From an uncultured Actinomycetes bacterium (GTDB lineage Bacteria; Actinomycetota; Thermoleophilia; Gaiellales; JAICJC01): DNA of 64,000 nucleotides. Both the position numbers and the translations under genes were made by a program. Below are positions 47,049 through 57,129 of this stretch, in pieces. Location of the stretch: positions 262,065 through 326,064 of the forward strand of contig CAVQZC010000006.1 of the NCBI GenBank assembly GCA_963718315.1. Reading direction: 5' to 3'. Position 1 is the first letter of the stretch. Every line of letters begins with the position of its first letter. A model generated the notes under the pieces. That model was not told the DNA's origin. It made no database searches and saw only the letters and a program-made list of their open reading frames with translations.

Positions 47049-47953
47049 TCCAGACCTCCTCGATGGAAGGTCGCGGGCTCGTTCGAGTGACCGGCGCGCT
47101 ACGGCGTCGGCCGCTCGCCTCGTTCATAGGGTTGGCGTACGCGATTTCGTGGGTGTGGGCGTTTCCGTTCGTAGCCGTCGGCGACGTGGTCGAAAAGGGC
47201 GTTGGTTGGCCGACGACGTTCCCCGCCCTGGTCGGTCCGGCCCTCGCCGCGTTTGTGATGACGGCCGTCGTTTGGGGTCGTGAAGGTGTCCGCGACCTTC
47301 TCGCCCGAATGGGCTGCTGGCGGATGCCTTTGCGCTGGTGGGCCGCGACGTTGAGCCCACTTGCTTTCCTGGCTGCTGCGCTGGTAGTTGCGGCGGCCAT
47401 CGGCAAGCTGCCAAGCGCGAGCGGCTTCGGCCGTTACAGCGGCCTGTCAGCGATTGGCGTCGTGCCTGTCGTCGTCATCGTGGTCGGGCTCACCTTTGGC
47501 GAGGAGACGGGCTGGCGTGGTTTCGCGTTGCCGCTGTTGCAGCGTCGGTACGGTGCTCTCGCCGCCGCCCTGCTCGTCACTCCGATCTGGGCCCTCTGGC
47601 ACCTTCCCTACTTCTTCACGGTCACCACCTACCGTGGCTTCGCTCCGGTCGGGTACGTCGGTTTCGTGTTCGGCCTCGCTTGCGGCTCGATCGTGCTCAC
47701 CTGGCTGTACAACGGCACCGGCGGCAGCATCCTCGCCTGTGCAGTGTGGCACGGCCTCTATAACCTCGAGACGGGCACCGCGGCTGCCAACCCGACGATC
47801 CAGGCGGTCACCAGCGTCTTCGTCTACGTCTTGGCATTCCTGCTCGTCGGGCTCGAGTTGCGGTCGCGGATGCGTGGAGAGCCATCGATCCTTGGTCCTC
47901 GCATTGGCGATGCGCCTCGTGATCCGACGACGCGTGCGCCGCTGTCGGTCTAG
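47045..47953 (+). CDS. CPBP family intramembrane glutamic endopeptidase (CAAX/Abi type)
   Basis: FGEETGWRGFALPLL, ALWHLPYFF, CAVWHGLYN. Confidence 0.75.
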   Translation: MIQTSSMEGRGLVRVTGALRRRPLASFIGLAYAISWVWAFPFVAVGDVVEKGVGWPTTFPALVGPALAAFVMTAVVWGREGVRDLLARMGCWRMPLRWWAATLSPLAFLAAALVVAAAIGKLPSASGFGRYSGLSAIGVVPVVVIVVGLTFGEETGWRGFALPLLQRRYGALAAALLVTPIWALWHLPYFFTVTTYRGFAPVGYVGFVFGLACGSIVLTWLYNGTGGSILACAVWHGLYNLETGTAAANPTIQAVTSVFVYVLAFLLVGLELRSRMRGEPSILGPRIGDAPRDPTTRAPLSV

Positions 47954-48089
47954 CGTGATGCGTAGACCGATACTCGGGCGAGGAGCCAGGCGCGGGGTGG
48001 GTTGGCTGTGCCACAGGCGATGAAGATCTCCGTGGGCCGAGCCGTGCTTGTTGAGCCCGGTCCCCCCACACTGCATGAGAGGACGGCGC

Positions 48090-48812
48090 TCACGGCTGCC
48101 CGTGGGCCTGCCGGTGGAGCCATTCCGCGTACGACATCGAGTCGGCGATGCGCAGTCGCAACGCGTCGGGTAGGGGACTGCTCAACACCAGCGCCGCTGT
48201 GGCGGCGAGCGTCCTCCCAAGCGTGTCGGGAGCCCCCGCCGCCTCGAAGCCGAGTGTCCACCAGTTCTCCTCACCCTTGAGCACTTCTGTGAGTTCCACC
48301 GTGCACGTCGCCTGGTCGCCGGCGCCAACCGAGCTGCGAGCTGTGGCCACACCATGTGCCACCGAGAACCACGTGATTCGCCTCCGCTTGGCGATCTGCA
48401 CCCAGTCCGGAGATTGGGCCTCGATCTCACGAACGGGAGGCATTGGCAGGGACCACTTCTTCCACGACTGGGTGCGTCCGCGCGCATGTCCCGGCAGGTC
48501 GATGACGCCCTCGTCGCCGATGCTGACCTTGATGTCGAGTCGCAACCCTCCGCGGATCTTCACGGAGAGCCCGTCGGCTTGTCCGATTACGAGGTATGTG
48601 TCGGTGCGCGTCTCGAGCTGCCCGACGGATGCGCTGAACCATTCGATCATCGATGTCGGTAGCCCGCCGCGGCGCAGCCAACGCACCTCCAGAGTCGGTG
48701 CTCCCTGGACGACCGTATCTCCGACCCTCGCCTCATCAGCCGATGGCAGACCGCGCGCGTCGACAGGGGGTCGATCGTCTGGGGCGTCTGGTGCGGCGCG
48801 GTGATGTTTCAC
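48090..48812 (-). CDS. Hypothetical protein, possibly with a CYTH-like fold
   Basis: 240 aa. LEVRWLRRGGLP...WF...ETRTDTYL...LSVKIRGG...LDIKV pattern. Assignment is tentative. Confidence 0.45.
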   Translation of the reverse strand: MKHHRAAPDAPDDRPPVDARGLPSADEARVGDTVVQGAPTLEVRWLRRGGLPTSMIEWFSASVGQLETRTDTYLVIGQADGLSVKIRGGLRLDIKVSIGDEGVIDLPGHARGRTQSWKKWSLPMPPVREIEAQSPDWVQIAKRRRITWFSVAHGVATARSSVGAGDQATCTVELTEVLKGEENWWTLGFEAAGAPDTLGRTLAATAALVLSSPLPDALRLRIADSMSYAEWLHRQAHGQP

Positions 48813-48832
48813 GGAGCTGACGGTGGCGTTGA

Positions 48833-49309
48833 TTAGTTGAGCTTCGATTCGATCTGGTCGAGTCGCTGGCCGAGTTCGTCGATGGCCGTTTTGGTGTCGG
48901 TCAGGACGGCGACGATCGCTTCTGTGTTCTGCTGGGCGCGGGTGCGGTCATCCTGCTCGGTGTGTGCGTCTGCGCGTTGGATGACGGTGCTTGTGACGCC
49001 GGCGGTCAAGAACGCGATGAAGGAGACCCCGAGGACCATCTCGACGGCGCCCACCAGTCGACCGGCGGTTGTGGTGGGCACGTGGTCGCCGTAGCCGACT
49101 GTCGTGAGCGTCTGGATCGCCCACCAGAACGCGAGGCCGAGAGATGGGAAGTTCTCTGGATCGGCGATCCGCATGACGATCGCTCCAGCAAGCCCCAGGG
49201 TGACGAACGCGAGCGCCAGCCCGATCGTCACCGACCGTGCGTCGGCGATCCTCGCGACCTGCCGGTCGATGAACGAAGAAGCGCCTTCGGGCTTTCGCTT
49301 CGCGGTCAC
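48833..49309 (-). CDS. Two-TM potassium channel (TVGYGD filter)
   Basis: FWWAIQTLTTVGYGDHVP. Confidence 0.8.
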   Translation of the reverse strand: MTAKRKPEGASSFIDRQVARIADARSVTIGLALAFVTLGLAGAIVMRIADPENFPSLGLAFWWAIQTLTTVGYGDHVPTTTAGRLVGAVEMVLGVSFIAFLTAGVTSTVIQRADAHTEQDDRTRAQQNTEAIVAVLTDTKTAIDELGQRLDQIESKLN

Positions 49310-49311
49310 AG

Positions 49312-50983
49312 TTAGGTGGCGACCGCAGTGCCGGTCGTGGTGGTCGTGGCTCTGTCGTTGGGTGAGACGCCGGCAGTCTGTGTGCCGGGTTGGACGGTGG
49401 GGATGCCTCGGGTGAACAGTTGCGCGATCAGCGCGATCAGCGCGAGGATCGAGAGCGCGGCGCGGAGGCCGGCGATCCGGCTGTCCTGATTCGTCTTGAC
49501 AACGGCGTCTGCGGTGGCCGGTGGGACGTGAGCATCAGCCAGTGCGGCTTTCAGGTCGCTGTCCGACATGAACGCGATACCACCGGCGAGCTGGGTCTGG
49601 GCCTTGGAGTCGACGCTCTTTGGGACGTCTGGGTTGTTCTGGATGCCAGACAGGAAGGATGCGGTCAGCGCGGAGATGAGGATCGCGCCGGCCAGCGCGG
49701 TGCCGATCGAGGCGCCGAGCTGTGTGCCGGTGTTCTGCAAGCCTCCCACCTCGCCGCTCTGTTCGTCGGGTACCGCCGAGACGGTCACGCTGCCGAGCTG
49801 TGACGCCATTGCGCCGAGGCCGGAGCCTGCGATCAGCAGAGGCCAGGTCACGATCTGCGGACCGGCGCCGACGTCGAGCAATGCGACCAGCAGCACCAGG
49901 CCGACGAACAGCGCCACGAACCCGAGTCGCACCACTCGCCGTGGCGAGGCGTTGGGTCGCAGCTTGGGGATGCCGATGGCGAACAGCAGCAGCGTCAGCG
50001 ACAGCGGCAATAGCCGGATGCCGGTCTGGATCGCCGACAGCCCAAGCGCGACCGACAGGAAGAGCGGGACGACGAAGAACGTCCCGGCCTGGACCAGGAA
50101 CATGAAGAAGAACGAGACGACGCCGTCGCGCAGCTGGATGTTGCGCAGCATTGTGGGATCGATCAGCGCCCCCTCACCGCGCGCGATCCGCCGGTTCTCC
50201 CACATCACGAACAGGGCCATCACCACACCGCCACCAAGGACGAGCCAGATCACGGGGGAGATTCCCAGCCAGTGGGGAGCCTCGGGCTTGGGCTGGACGA
50301 AGCCCCAGGCGCCGGACTTGAGGACGCCGATCACGATCAGGCCAAGGCCCAACGCGGAGAGCGCAGTGCCCACCAGGTCGAGCTTGACCCCGGGCTGGGC
50401 CGGGCTGTCGTTGACGCGCCGCGCCAGGGCCAGGATGACGAGCACGATCAGCACCTCGCCGACGAACACCCACCGCCACGATGCATAGGTGGTGAACGCG
50501 CCGCCGATCACTGGGCCAAGCGCGGCCGCGATCGCAGCCGCGGCCGCCACCAGCCCGTAGGCGCGCGGCCGCTCAGCCTTGCCGAAGTTCGTGGCCACCA
50601 GCGCCACGATCGCGGGCATGATCAACACGGCGCCAAAGCCCTCCAGGAATGACCAGCCGATGATCAGACACCGTCAGACTGTGGGACAGTGCGGTCGTCA
50701 ACGACCCACAGGCGTAGATCACGCACCCGATCGAAAACGCGCGTTTGCGGCCGATGATCTCACCGACCTTTCCGCCGGTGATCATCAGCGAGGCCATCAC
50801 CAGTGTGTAGAGCGTGATCGCCGTCTGAATCCCCGTCACGTCTGTCCCGACGTCCCGGGCGACGGTCGCGATCGCGGTGTTCATGACGGTCGTGTCCAGG
50901 GCCATCACGAACTGGCCCGCTGCCAGCGTCAGCAACACCAGACCCGCTCCCGCAGCAACGCCTTTCTGCCCTACAGCCGCCAC
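49312..50983 (-). pseudogene. DHA2-type (14-TM) MFS transporter with a frameshift near 50667
   Basis: ORF 50573-50983 (QFVMALDTTVMNTAIATV...) continues in the frame of ORF 49312-50628 as LIIGWSFLEGFGAVLIMPAIVALV. Confidence 0.75.
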
Positions 50984-51138
50984 CGTGTCCTCTTCTCTCG
51001 ACTGTTCATCGGGACCCCGCGTTTAGCCGCCGCATCGCCAAACGAGTATCGCGGCGTAGAGCTCACTCAGAGCTCGACACGTCAGCTTCGCCGTCCCTCA
51101 CCCCCAACTCGGGCGGGGACGGCGAAGCCGAGTGTGCG

Positions 51139-51471
51139 TTATTCGTCGTCTGCCTCTGCTTCGAGCTCGGCGATCTCGATCTCGATGCCGATCGCCTGCA
51201 TGATCTTGCCTGCCGCCGCAACCACGCGGGCGGTGCCGACGATGGGGGCGACAGCGGCGAGAATGCCTGCGACCTGGTCTGCGCCGAGGTCAAGGTCGTG
51301 TGCCACGCCGAGGTTCATCAGGTACGAGGCCACCGGTGCGTCGACCGCCACCAGCGCGGCGATCCGCACCTGCATCAGCGTCTCGGCGTCGAGGTTGGAG
51401 GCTTCGACCGAGTCTGCGGTCATGCCCGCCAGAAGGTCGAGCACCGGGGTGTCATGTGTCTGGTCTGCCAT
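51139..51471 (-). CDS. Carboxymuconolactone decarboxylase (AhpD-like) family protein
   Basis: 110 aa. VRIAALVAVDAPVASY ... ILAAVAPIVGTARVVAAAGKI. Confidence 0.65.
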   Translation of the reverse strand: MADQTHDTPVLDLLAGMTADSVEASNLDAETLMQVRIAALVAVDAPVASYLMNLGVAHDLDLGADQVAGILAAVAPIVGTARVVAAAGKIMQAIGIEIEIAELEAEADDE

Positions 51472-51520
51472 TGTCGGTTCTCCGTTCTGTCCAGCGCCGG
51501 GAGACCGGCGCCATGGTGGT

Positions 51521-52033
51521 TTAGGCGGTGGTGGCGGCCGTTGCGTCCTTGGCCTGCTCGACGCCGTCCTTGTCGACCTCGTGCTTTGAGACGTCGTTGG
51601 CGCCCTTCAGCGCCTGACCTACGGCGCCTGCCCACTGCTCCTCGAACAGCGCCACGATCCCGGAACTGTTCGGCGGCAGATCGCCTGCCACCTCAGCCTT
51701 GATCTCCTTCTTCTCCTTGTGCGAGACGAGCCCGCCGACGCCGGCGCCAACGCCGGCTCCGACGACCCCCGACGCGAGCAATGCCGGCGGGAAGATCAAG
51801 CCCACCAGCAGGCCGCCGGCTGCGCCCAACGTCGCCGCGCCGCCCACGACATGGAAATCGTCCTTGACGTCGATCTTGCCGTTCGCGTCGCTGCTGACAA
51901 GCACCAGGCCGTCGACCATGATCGCCTTGTCCTTGGCCAGCTGCTTGATTGCATCCCAGTCAGCCTGGGCAGCGCCGGCGTCTGAATACGCAGCGATGTA
52001 GAGGTCGACAGGATTGTCATCGTTCGATGTCAT
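51521..52033 (-). CDS. DUF1269 membrane protein
   Basis: AAQADWDAIKQLAKDKAIMVDGLVLVS, Gly-zipper TM GAAGGLLVGLIFPPALLASGVVGAGVGAGVGGLV. AAGGAG SD. Confidence 0.75.
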   Translation of the reverse strand: MTSNDDNPVDLYIAAYSDAGAAQADWDAIKQLAKDKAIMVDGLVLVSSDANGKIDVKDDFHVVGGAATLGAAGGLLVGLIFPPALLASGVVGAGVGAGVGGLVSHKEKKEIKAEVAGDLPPNSSGIVALFEEQWAGAVGQALKGANDVSKHEVDKDGVEQAKDATAATTA

Positions 52034-52199
52034 CACATCTCCTTCTGTCCCTTTCGGTGTCGGTGCTCGGGTGGGACAACTTGCTGCGACGTTGAAGCAC
52101 CAGGTCAACGTCCTCGATCACGCTACTCAACGCCTGACGCCACCTCATCGGGGGAGTCCCCTAATCGACGCAGGTAGAACCCCGCAGACCAGCGCAACG

Positions 52200-52397
52200 T
52201 CACGCAACGACGCGGCGATCGCCTACCAGGTAGGCGACGATGAGGGCAGCCGGGAAGAAGAACAGGCTGAAGATGAAGAACCCGATGAAGCTGTGGCCCT
52301 TGCGTCCGGCAACGCGCGCCGGCCAAAACGCGATCAGAATCCAGATCGGCACGACGATCAGCCAGAAGACCAACCCGCTGAAGATAGACAGAACCAT
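52200..52397 (-). CDS. Small two-TM membrane protein (FWPARVAxRKGHSF motif), copy 2
   Basis: 65 aa, paralog of 23931-24143. Confidence 0.65.
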   Translation of the reverse strand: MVLSIFSGLVFWLIVVPIWILIAFWPARVAGRKGHSFIGFFIFSLFFFPAALIVAYLVGDRRVVA

Positions 52398-52475
52398 GAC
52401 CCCGCCTCCCTAGACATCGTTTGCGGTTGCACCGTACGCCGCACCACGCACCGATTGCCCGCCACATCGCAACGT

Positions 52476-52487
52476 TCACCTAGGTGA
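52476..52487. promoter_or_regulatory. Perfect palindrome TCACCTAGGTGA, site 1
   Basis: Read directly. One of three identical 12-mers, all intergenic. Confidence 0.4.
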
Positions 52488-52534
52488 TTCGCCCACGCGG
52501 CCGTGGGAGAGTTCGCCGCCGATGGACCACAGAA

Positions 52535-52546
52535 TCACCTAGGTGA
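52535..52546. promoter_or_regulatory. Perfect palindrome TCACCTAGGTGA, site 2
   Basis: 59 bp from site 1, in the interval between 52397 and 52763. Confidence 0.4.
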
Positions 52547-52762
52547 ACCAGCGGATCAGCGCCCTTGATGCGCATCGTTGGCGCGATACTGCGAGCAACA
52601 TTCAGGTGATTCGGGGTTGCGCCGGTCGCCGTGAGGGGAGGGGGTCTATGTCATCCCAGTTTGACCCGAAGTCGGCGGCGACACTGTTGTGGGTACTCAC
52701 TCGTCGGGCGCGGACCTTGAGCGCGTGGACGAATCCGACCGGCGCCTTCGGTGCGGCATAGC

Positions 52763-52984
52763 ATGGAACCCTGCCGATACCAGATCACCGTCGAAGGCGA
52801 ACTCGGCCCCCGCTACACCGCGGTGTTTCAACCGTTCGAACTCGAATGCCACGACGGCAAGACCACCATCACCGGCAATATCCGAGACCAGGCCGAGCTT
52901 GCAGGTTTGATCGATGCGGTCTCGTCCCTTGGTCTGTCGCTGGTCAGCGTTACGCCAGAGGGGTGGCAAGGGCTACGAACGTAG
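52763..52984 (+). CDS. Small conserved actinobacterial-type protein (MEPCRYQI... family)
   Basis: 73 aa. MEPCRYQITVEGELG ... DQAELAGLIDAVSSLGLSLVSV. Confidence 0.55.
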   Translation: MEPCRYQITVEGELGPRYTAVFQPFELECHDGKTTITGNIRDQAELAGLIDAVSSLGLSLVSVTPEGWQGLRT

Positions 52985-55264
52985 CTCGCCGCCGGTCGCC
53001 GGTTTGGCGACGGGTACGGCCGTAACGCCGATCAGCCCTTCCCGGCGCGCGTGCGCGACGGCTTCTTCGCGAGTGTGCGCCCCGAGCTTGGAGTAGATTC
53101 GGCGAACGTGCGTGTGCACCGTGTTCGTCGACAGGCAGAGCTTCTCCGCGATCTCGCGCGCAGACATCTCGGAATCCAACAGTCGCAGAACCGAGAGCTC
53201 GGCTGGGCTCGGCGGCTCGATGAGGCTGCCGCCCCCAGTGCGCGCGGCTTCCAACGCCTGCATCGCGTCGGCGGCCATTCGCCGTAGCCGCCCTGCGTCG
53301 GAAAACGCGCTCAGGAGCTGGTCGACGGCATCGAGATCTGAGGCTGCTGCCCCGAGTTTGCCGCACCCAATGCGTGCGCGGGCGAGCCGAATCAGCGAGT
53401 GCGCAGTGTCGAGGCGAGGCTCGCCCGCCTGCCGAAGGGTGACTGCGCGGCTGAGTTCTCGTTCGGCGTCCCGGGGATGGCCGCCCACCAGCAGCGCCTC
53501 GCCCAGTGCGTGGCGGGCGATTCCGGCGGACCAGGTGCCGCTGATCCCCAGCTCGCGGGCGCGGGCGATCGCGTGGAGCGCTTCCTTCTCCGCGACCTGG
53601 GAACGACCGGCGTCGCATTCAAGCAGGGCGTGAACGGCGTGCGCGTAGACGACGCCGTGGGGCCGCTGAGCTGCTTCTGGCCGGTTCAGGGCCTGGTCAG
53701 CGGTGCTGCGGGCGCGGGCCGCGTCGCCGGCGAGGTAGTGGGCGTAGGCCAGAGTGGCAAGTGCCGCGACCGCGAGCTCCGGAACGTGCTCGAGCGCGAG
53801 GTCGGTCGCCTCAATGCAGTAGGACAGCGCCTGCCCCAGGTCGGTGTCCAGCACCCCTCCCCGCGTGAGCGCGACCAGAGCCTGGGCACGCCACCGATCG
53901 GCTGCTGGGAGGGATTCAAGTCCGGCTTCGGCGAGCGCTGCGTAACGACGGCGTATCGGCGCGGGCTGCGCTGCCATCATCGACATCAGCACACCGCTGG
54001 CGCACAGCACGGGTCGTTCGGTGAGCACAGAATCGGGCAGCCGCTCGAGCCAGCCGGTGAACGTCGTGAACCTTCCCGCCCGCGCCAGCTCCAAGTAATG
54101 CGTCTGGAGCAGGTCTGCAAGCTCAGCTGGGGAGCCCGTCGCCCATGCGTACTCGAGGGCGTCCTCGATCAGGCCATGCTCGATGCACCAGCTGGCGGCG
54201 CGGCGGTTCAGGTCGGGCAGCGCCGCCGAGTCGCTTGCCACGAGCTGAGCCTTCACGAGCTCACGAAACAGGGTGTGGTAGCGAAACCACTCGCCGCGCC
54301 CGTCGAGCGACACGAGGAACAGGTTGGATTGCTCAAGAGCTGTCAGCCGCTCAGCCGAGTCCACCGCCCCAATGACCCAGTCGCACAGCTCGGCCGTGAA
54401 GCGTCTCAGGATCGATGTCTGCATCAGAAACGCCCGAACGTCCGGCGCCAGAGTCTCCAAGACCTCGCTCGTCAGGTAGTCGGCAACGTGGCGGTTACTC
54501 GCCGAGAACTGACGCAGCTGCAGGTGGGGCGCGTCCGTCCCGCCCAGCCACATGCCGGCAAGCGCTACGGCCGCAGGCCAGCCCTCGGTGTGCTCCACCA
54601 GCAGCTCGACATCCTCGTGCTCAAGGCCCGTGATGCCGCGGCTTTCCAGCAGCGCTTCCGCCTCTTCGACTGTGAAGGCAAGCTCTCTGGCGCGCACCTC
54701 TCCGAGGATCCCGCGGCCACGGAACGCGTTCAGCCGGATGGACGGATCCGCGCGCGTGGTTGCGATCACCCGGGTGGAGTTCGGCAGCCGCTCCACCGCA
54801 TACTCGAGCGACGCCAACCCATCCTCGTCGGTCACATGATGGAGGTCGTCAAGAACGATCACGACGTGCCCTGCGTAGCCGGCCAGGCCGAGGAGAAGCT
54901 CGTCGATCGCCTCCGCGACCGTGGAGTCTGGAGCTCGCAGCTTGGCCAGCGCCGGTCGCGCGATCCCCGCACGCAGCCGTTCGACGGCGATAGCCACCGA
55001 CGTCCACAGCTCGCGTCCCGCGGTATAGCCGCGGTCCAGCGTCACCCACGCGACTGACAGGTCACCGCGGGCGCGGAGCCAGGAGGCGACCGCCACCGTC
55101 TTTCCGGATCCTGCGGGTGCGCTGACAAGCGTCAGCCGTGCCCCGTCGAGCCGCTCGAACAGGGCCACCACCCGAGGCCGGTCTAGGACACCAACACGCG
55201 CGGGCGGCTGGGCGAGCACCGCTCCGCTCAAACCTCGTACTAGATCGTCTTCGTCCATAGACAT
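52973..55264 (-). CDS. LAL/MalT-like large ATP-binding LuxR family regulator
   Basis: 763 aa. Walker A SAPAGSGKT, TPR-like middle region, C-terminal HTH LSPAELSVLRLLDSEMSAREIAEKLCLSTNTVHTHVRRIYSKLG. Confidence 0.85.
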   Translation of the reverse strand: MSMDEDDLVRGLSGAVLAQPPARVGVLDRPRVVALFERLDGARLTLVSAPAGSGKTVAVASWLRARGDLSVAWVTLDRGYTAGRELWTSVAIAVERLRAGIARPALAKLRAPDSTVAEAIDELLLGLAGYAGHVVIVLDDLHHVTDEDGLASLEYAVERLPNSTRVIATTRADPSIRLNAFRGRGILGEVRARELAFTVEEAEALLESRGITGLEHEDVELLVEHTEGWPAAVALAGMWLGGTDAPHLQLRQFSASNRHVADYLTSEVLETLAPDVRAFLMQTSILRRFTAELCDWVIGAVDSAERLTALEQSNLFLVSLDGRGEWFRYHTLFRELVKAQLVASDSAALPDLNRRAASWCIEHGLIEDALEYAWATGSPAELADLLQTHYLELARAGRFTTFTGWLERLPDSVLTERPVLCASGVLMSMMAAQPAPIRRRYAALAEAGLESLPAADRWRAQALVALTRGGVLDTDLGQALSYCIEATDLALEHVPELAVAALATLAYAHYLAGDAARARSTADQALNRPEAAQRPHGVVYAHAVHALLECDAGRSQVAEKEALHAIARARELGISGTWSAGIARHALGEALLVGGHPRDAERELSRAVTLRQAGEPRLDTAHSLIRLARARIGCGKLGAAASDLDAVDQLLSAFSDAGRLRRMAADAMQALEAARTGGGSLIEPPSPAELSVLRLLDSEMSAREIAEKLCLSTNTVHTHVRRIYSKLGAHTREEAVAHARREGLIGVTAVPVAKPATGGELRS

Positions 55265-55375
55265 CGCTCTCGACGGTACTATCGCGGATCCGGCGGAGTG
55301 CTTCTAGATGTGGTCGTGCCCTTCGAGGAGCCCATTGAGGACTGCGCACCGCCGCCCCGAACCCGGCACCCGGAA

Positions 55376-55387
55376 TCACCTAGGTGA
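55376..55387. promoter_or_regulatory. Perfect palindrome TCACCTAGGTGA, site 3
   Basis: In the divergent intergenic region between the LAL regulator and DUF2252 copy 2. Confidence 0.4.
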
Positions 55388-55536
55388 ATCGTCCGGTTTG
55401 GGGCGGCGATCCAGTCTGTGTCTGGGACACTGGAGCCCGGCTGCGCTCGCACGACGGCGGCGCTTTCCGGCATCGGCCCGCGAGGGCGGCTTGGCCCGGG
55501 CTGGCACACGATTGAGGACGAATGAGAGGGAGCGTG

Positions 55537-57024
55537 ATGAGTACGACTGGGGCGGATGTTGGATCAGGCGAGGTTGTGAGGAGCGCCGCGAAGGGTGGGC
55601 GCAGTCAGGCACAGAAGGCACCCAGGGTGGTGCCGCATCTGAGCGTGGATGAGCGGGTGGCGCGGGGGCGTGCGGCGCGGGGGGACGTGCCGCGGTCGAG
55701 TCACGCGGACTTCAGTCCGGCCGAGCTGCGGCCGGATCCTGTCGCCCTGTTGGAGTCGCAGGCGGCGTCGCGTGTGCCGGAGTTGGTGCCGATCCGGTAT
55801 GGGCGGATGCTGGTGTCGCCGTTCACGTTCTACCGGGGAGCGGCGTTGATCATGGCGGCGGACCTGGCGTCGACGCCGAGCTCGGGTTTGCGCGCGCAGC
55901 TGTGTGGGGATGCGCACCTGTCGAACTTCGGTCTCTTCGCTTCACCGGATCGCCGGTTGGTGTTCGACCTCAACGATTTCGACGAAACGCTGCCCGGCCC
56001 CTGGGAGTGGGACGTGAAGCGGTTGGCGGTAAGCATGGAGGTCGCCGGCCGCGACAACAACTACTCCGACAAGCAGCGCCGAGCGATCGTGCTGGAAACC
56101 GTCGCCGGGTACCGAGAGGCCATGCGCGGGTTCGCGGGCATGCGTTCGCTGGACGTGTGGTATGCCCGCGCAGAGGTCGACGAGCTGATGGCGCAGATCC
56201 AAAGTCAGATCAACAAGGGGCAGCGCAAGCGCACCGAGAAGACGCTGGCCAAGGCGCGTACGAGCGACAGCATGACCGCCTTTGCCAAGCTCACCCGGAT
56301 GGTGGACGGCGAGCCCCAGATCGTGCCGGATCCGCCGCTGATCGAACGCGTGAGCGACCTTGCGCCAGGCAATGAGGGCGAGGCGCTGTTCGAGTCGCTG
56401 CACGCCCTGCTGCGGCGGTATCGACAGACGCTGCAGACCGATCGACGAGTCCTTCTGGAGGAGTTTCGGCTGGTCGACCTGGCGCGGAAGGTGGTCGGGG
56501 TTGGCAGCGTCGGTACTCGTGCGTGGATCGCCCTCTTGTTGGGCCGAGACGAGAAGGATCCGCTGTTCTTGCAGTTCAAGGAGGCTCAGTCCTCGGTGCT
56601 CGAGGATTTCACCGCTAAGAGCGAGTACGGAAATCACGGGCAGCGCGTCGTCGCCGGCCAGCATCTGATGCAGGCATCGAGCGACATCTTCCTGGGCTGG
56701 GTCCACGTCGAGACCAGTTTCGACGGGCAGCCTCGGGACTACTACGGCCGCCAGCTCAAGGACTGGAAGGGGTCATTCGAGTCAGAGGGAGCACTGCCGC
56801 AGGGCATGGGCCTGTACGGCCGGGTGTGCGGGTGGACGCTTGCCCGCGCGCATGCCCGCTCCGGCGATCGAATCGCGATCGCCTCCTACCTGGGTGGAGG
56901 CGACGTGTTCGACCGCGCGATCGCCGACTTCTCCGTTGCCTACGCCGACCAGAACGAGCGCGACTACGCCGCCCTCAAGAAGGCGGCCGCCGATGGTCAG
57001 TTGGAGGTTCGCACGGGTCTGTAG
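55537..57024 (+). CDS. DUF2252 domain protein, copy 2
   Basis: ORF 55522-57024 with the same motifs as copy 1. Confidence 0.85.
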   Translation: MSTTGADVGSGEVVRSAAKGGRSQAQKAPRVVPHLSVDERVARGRAARGDVPRSSHADFSPAELRPDPVALLESQAASRVPELVPIRYGRMLVSPFTFYRGAALIMAADLASTPSSGLRAQLCGDAHLSNFGLFASPDRRLVFDLNDFDETLPGPWEWDVKRLAVSMEVAGRDNNYSDKQRRAIVLETVAGYREAMRGFAGMRSLDVWYARAEVDELMAQIQSQINKGQRKRTEKTLAKARTSDSMTAFAKLTRMVDGEPQIVPDPPLIERVSDLAPGNEGEALFESLHALLRRYRQTLQTDRRVLLEEFRLVDLARKVVGVGSVGTRAWIALLLGRDEKDPLFLQFKEAQSSVLEDFTAKSEYGNHGQRVVAGQHLMQASSDIFLGWVHVETSFDGQPRDYYGRQLKDWKGSFESEGALPQGMGLYGRVCGWTLARAHARSGDRIAIASYLGGGDVFDRAIADFSVAYADQNERDYAALKKAAADGQLEVRTGL

Positions 57025-57129
57025 GCGTGGCGAAGTACGGACGCAGGTGCCGTGGTAGCCCCGATGCAGCAACAGCGAAATCGATCGACGATACGCGAAT
57101 CAGACAGAAACCAGACAAGGAGTGAGGAC

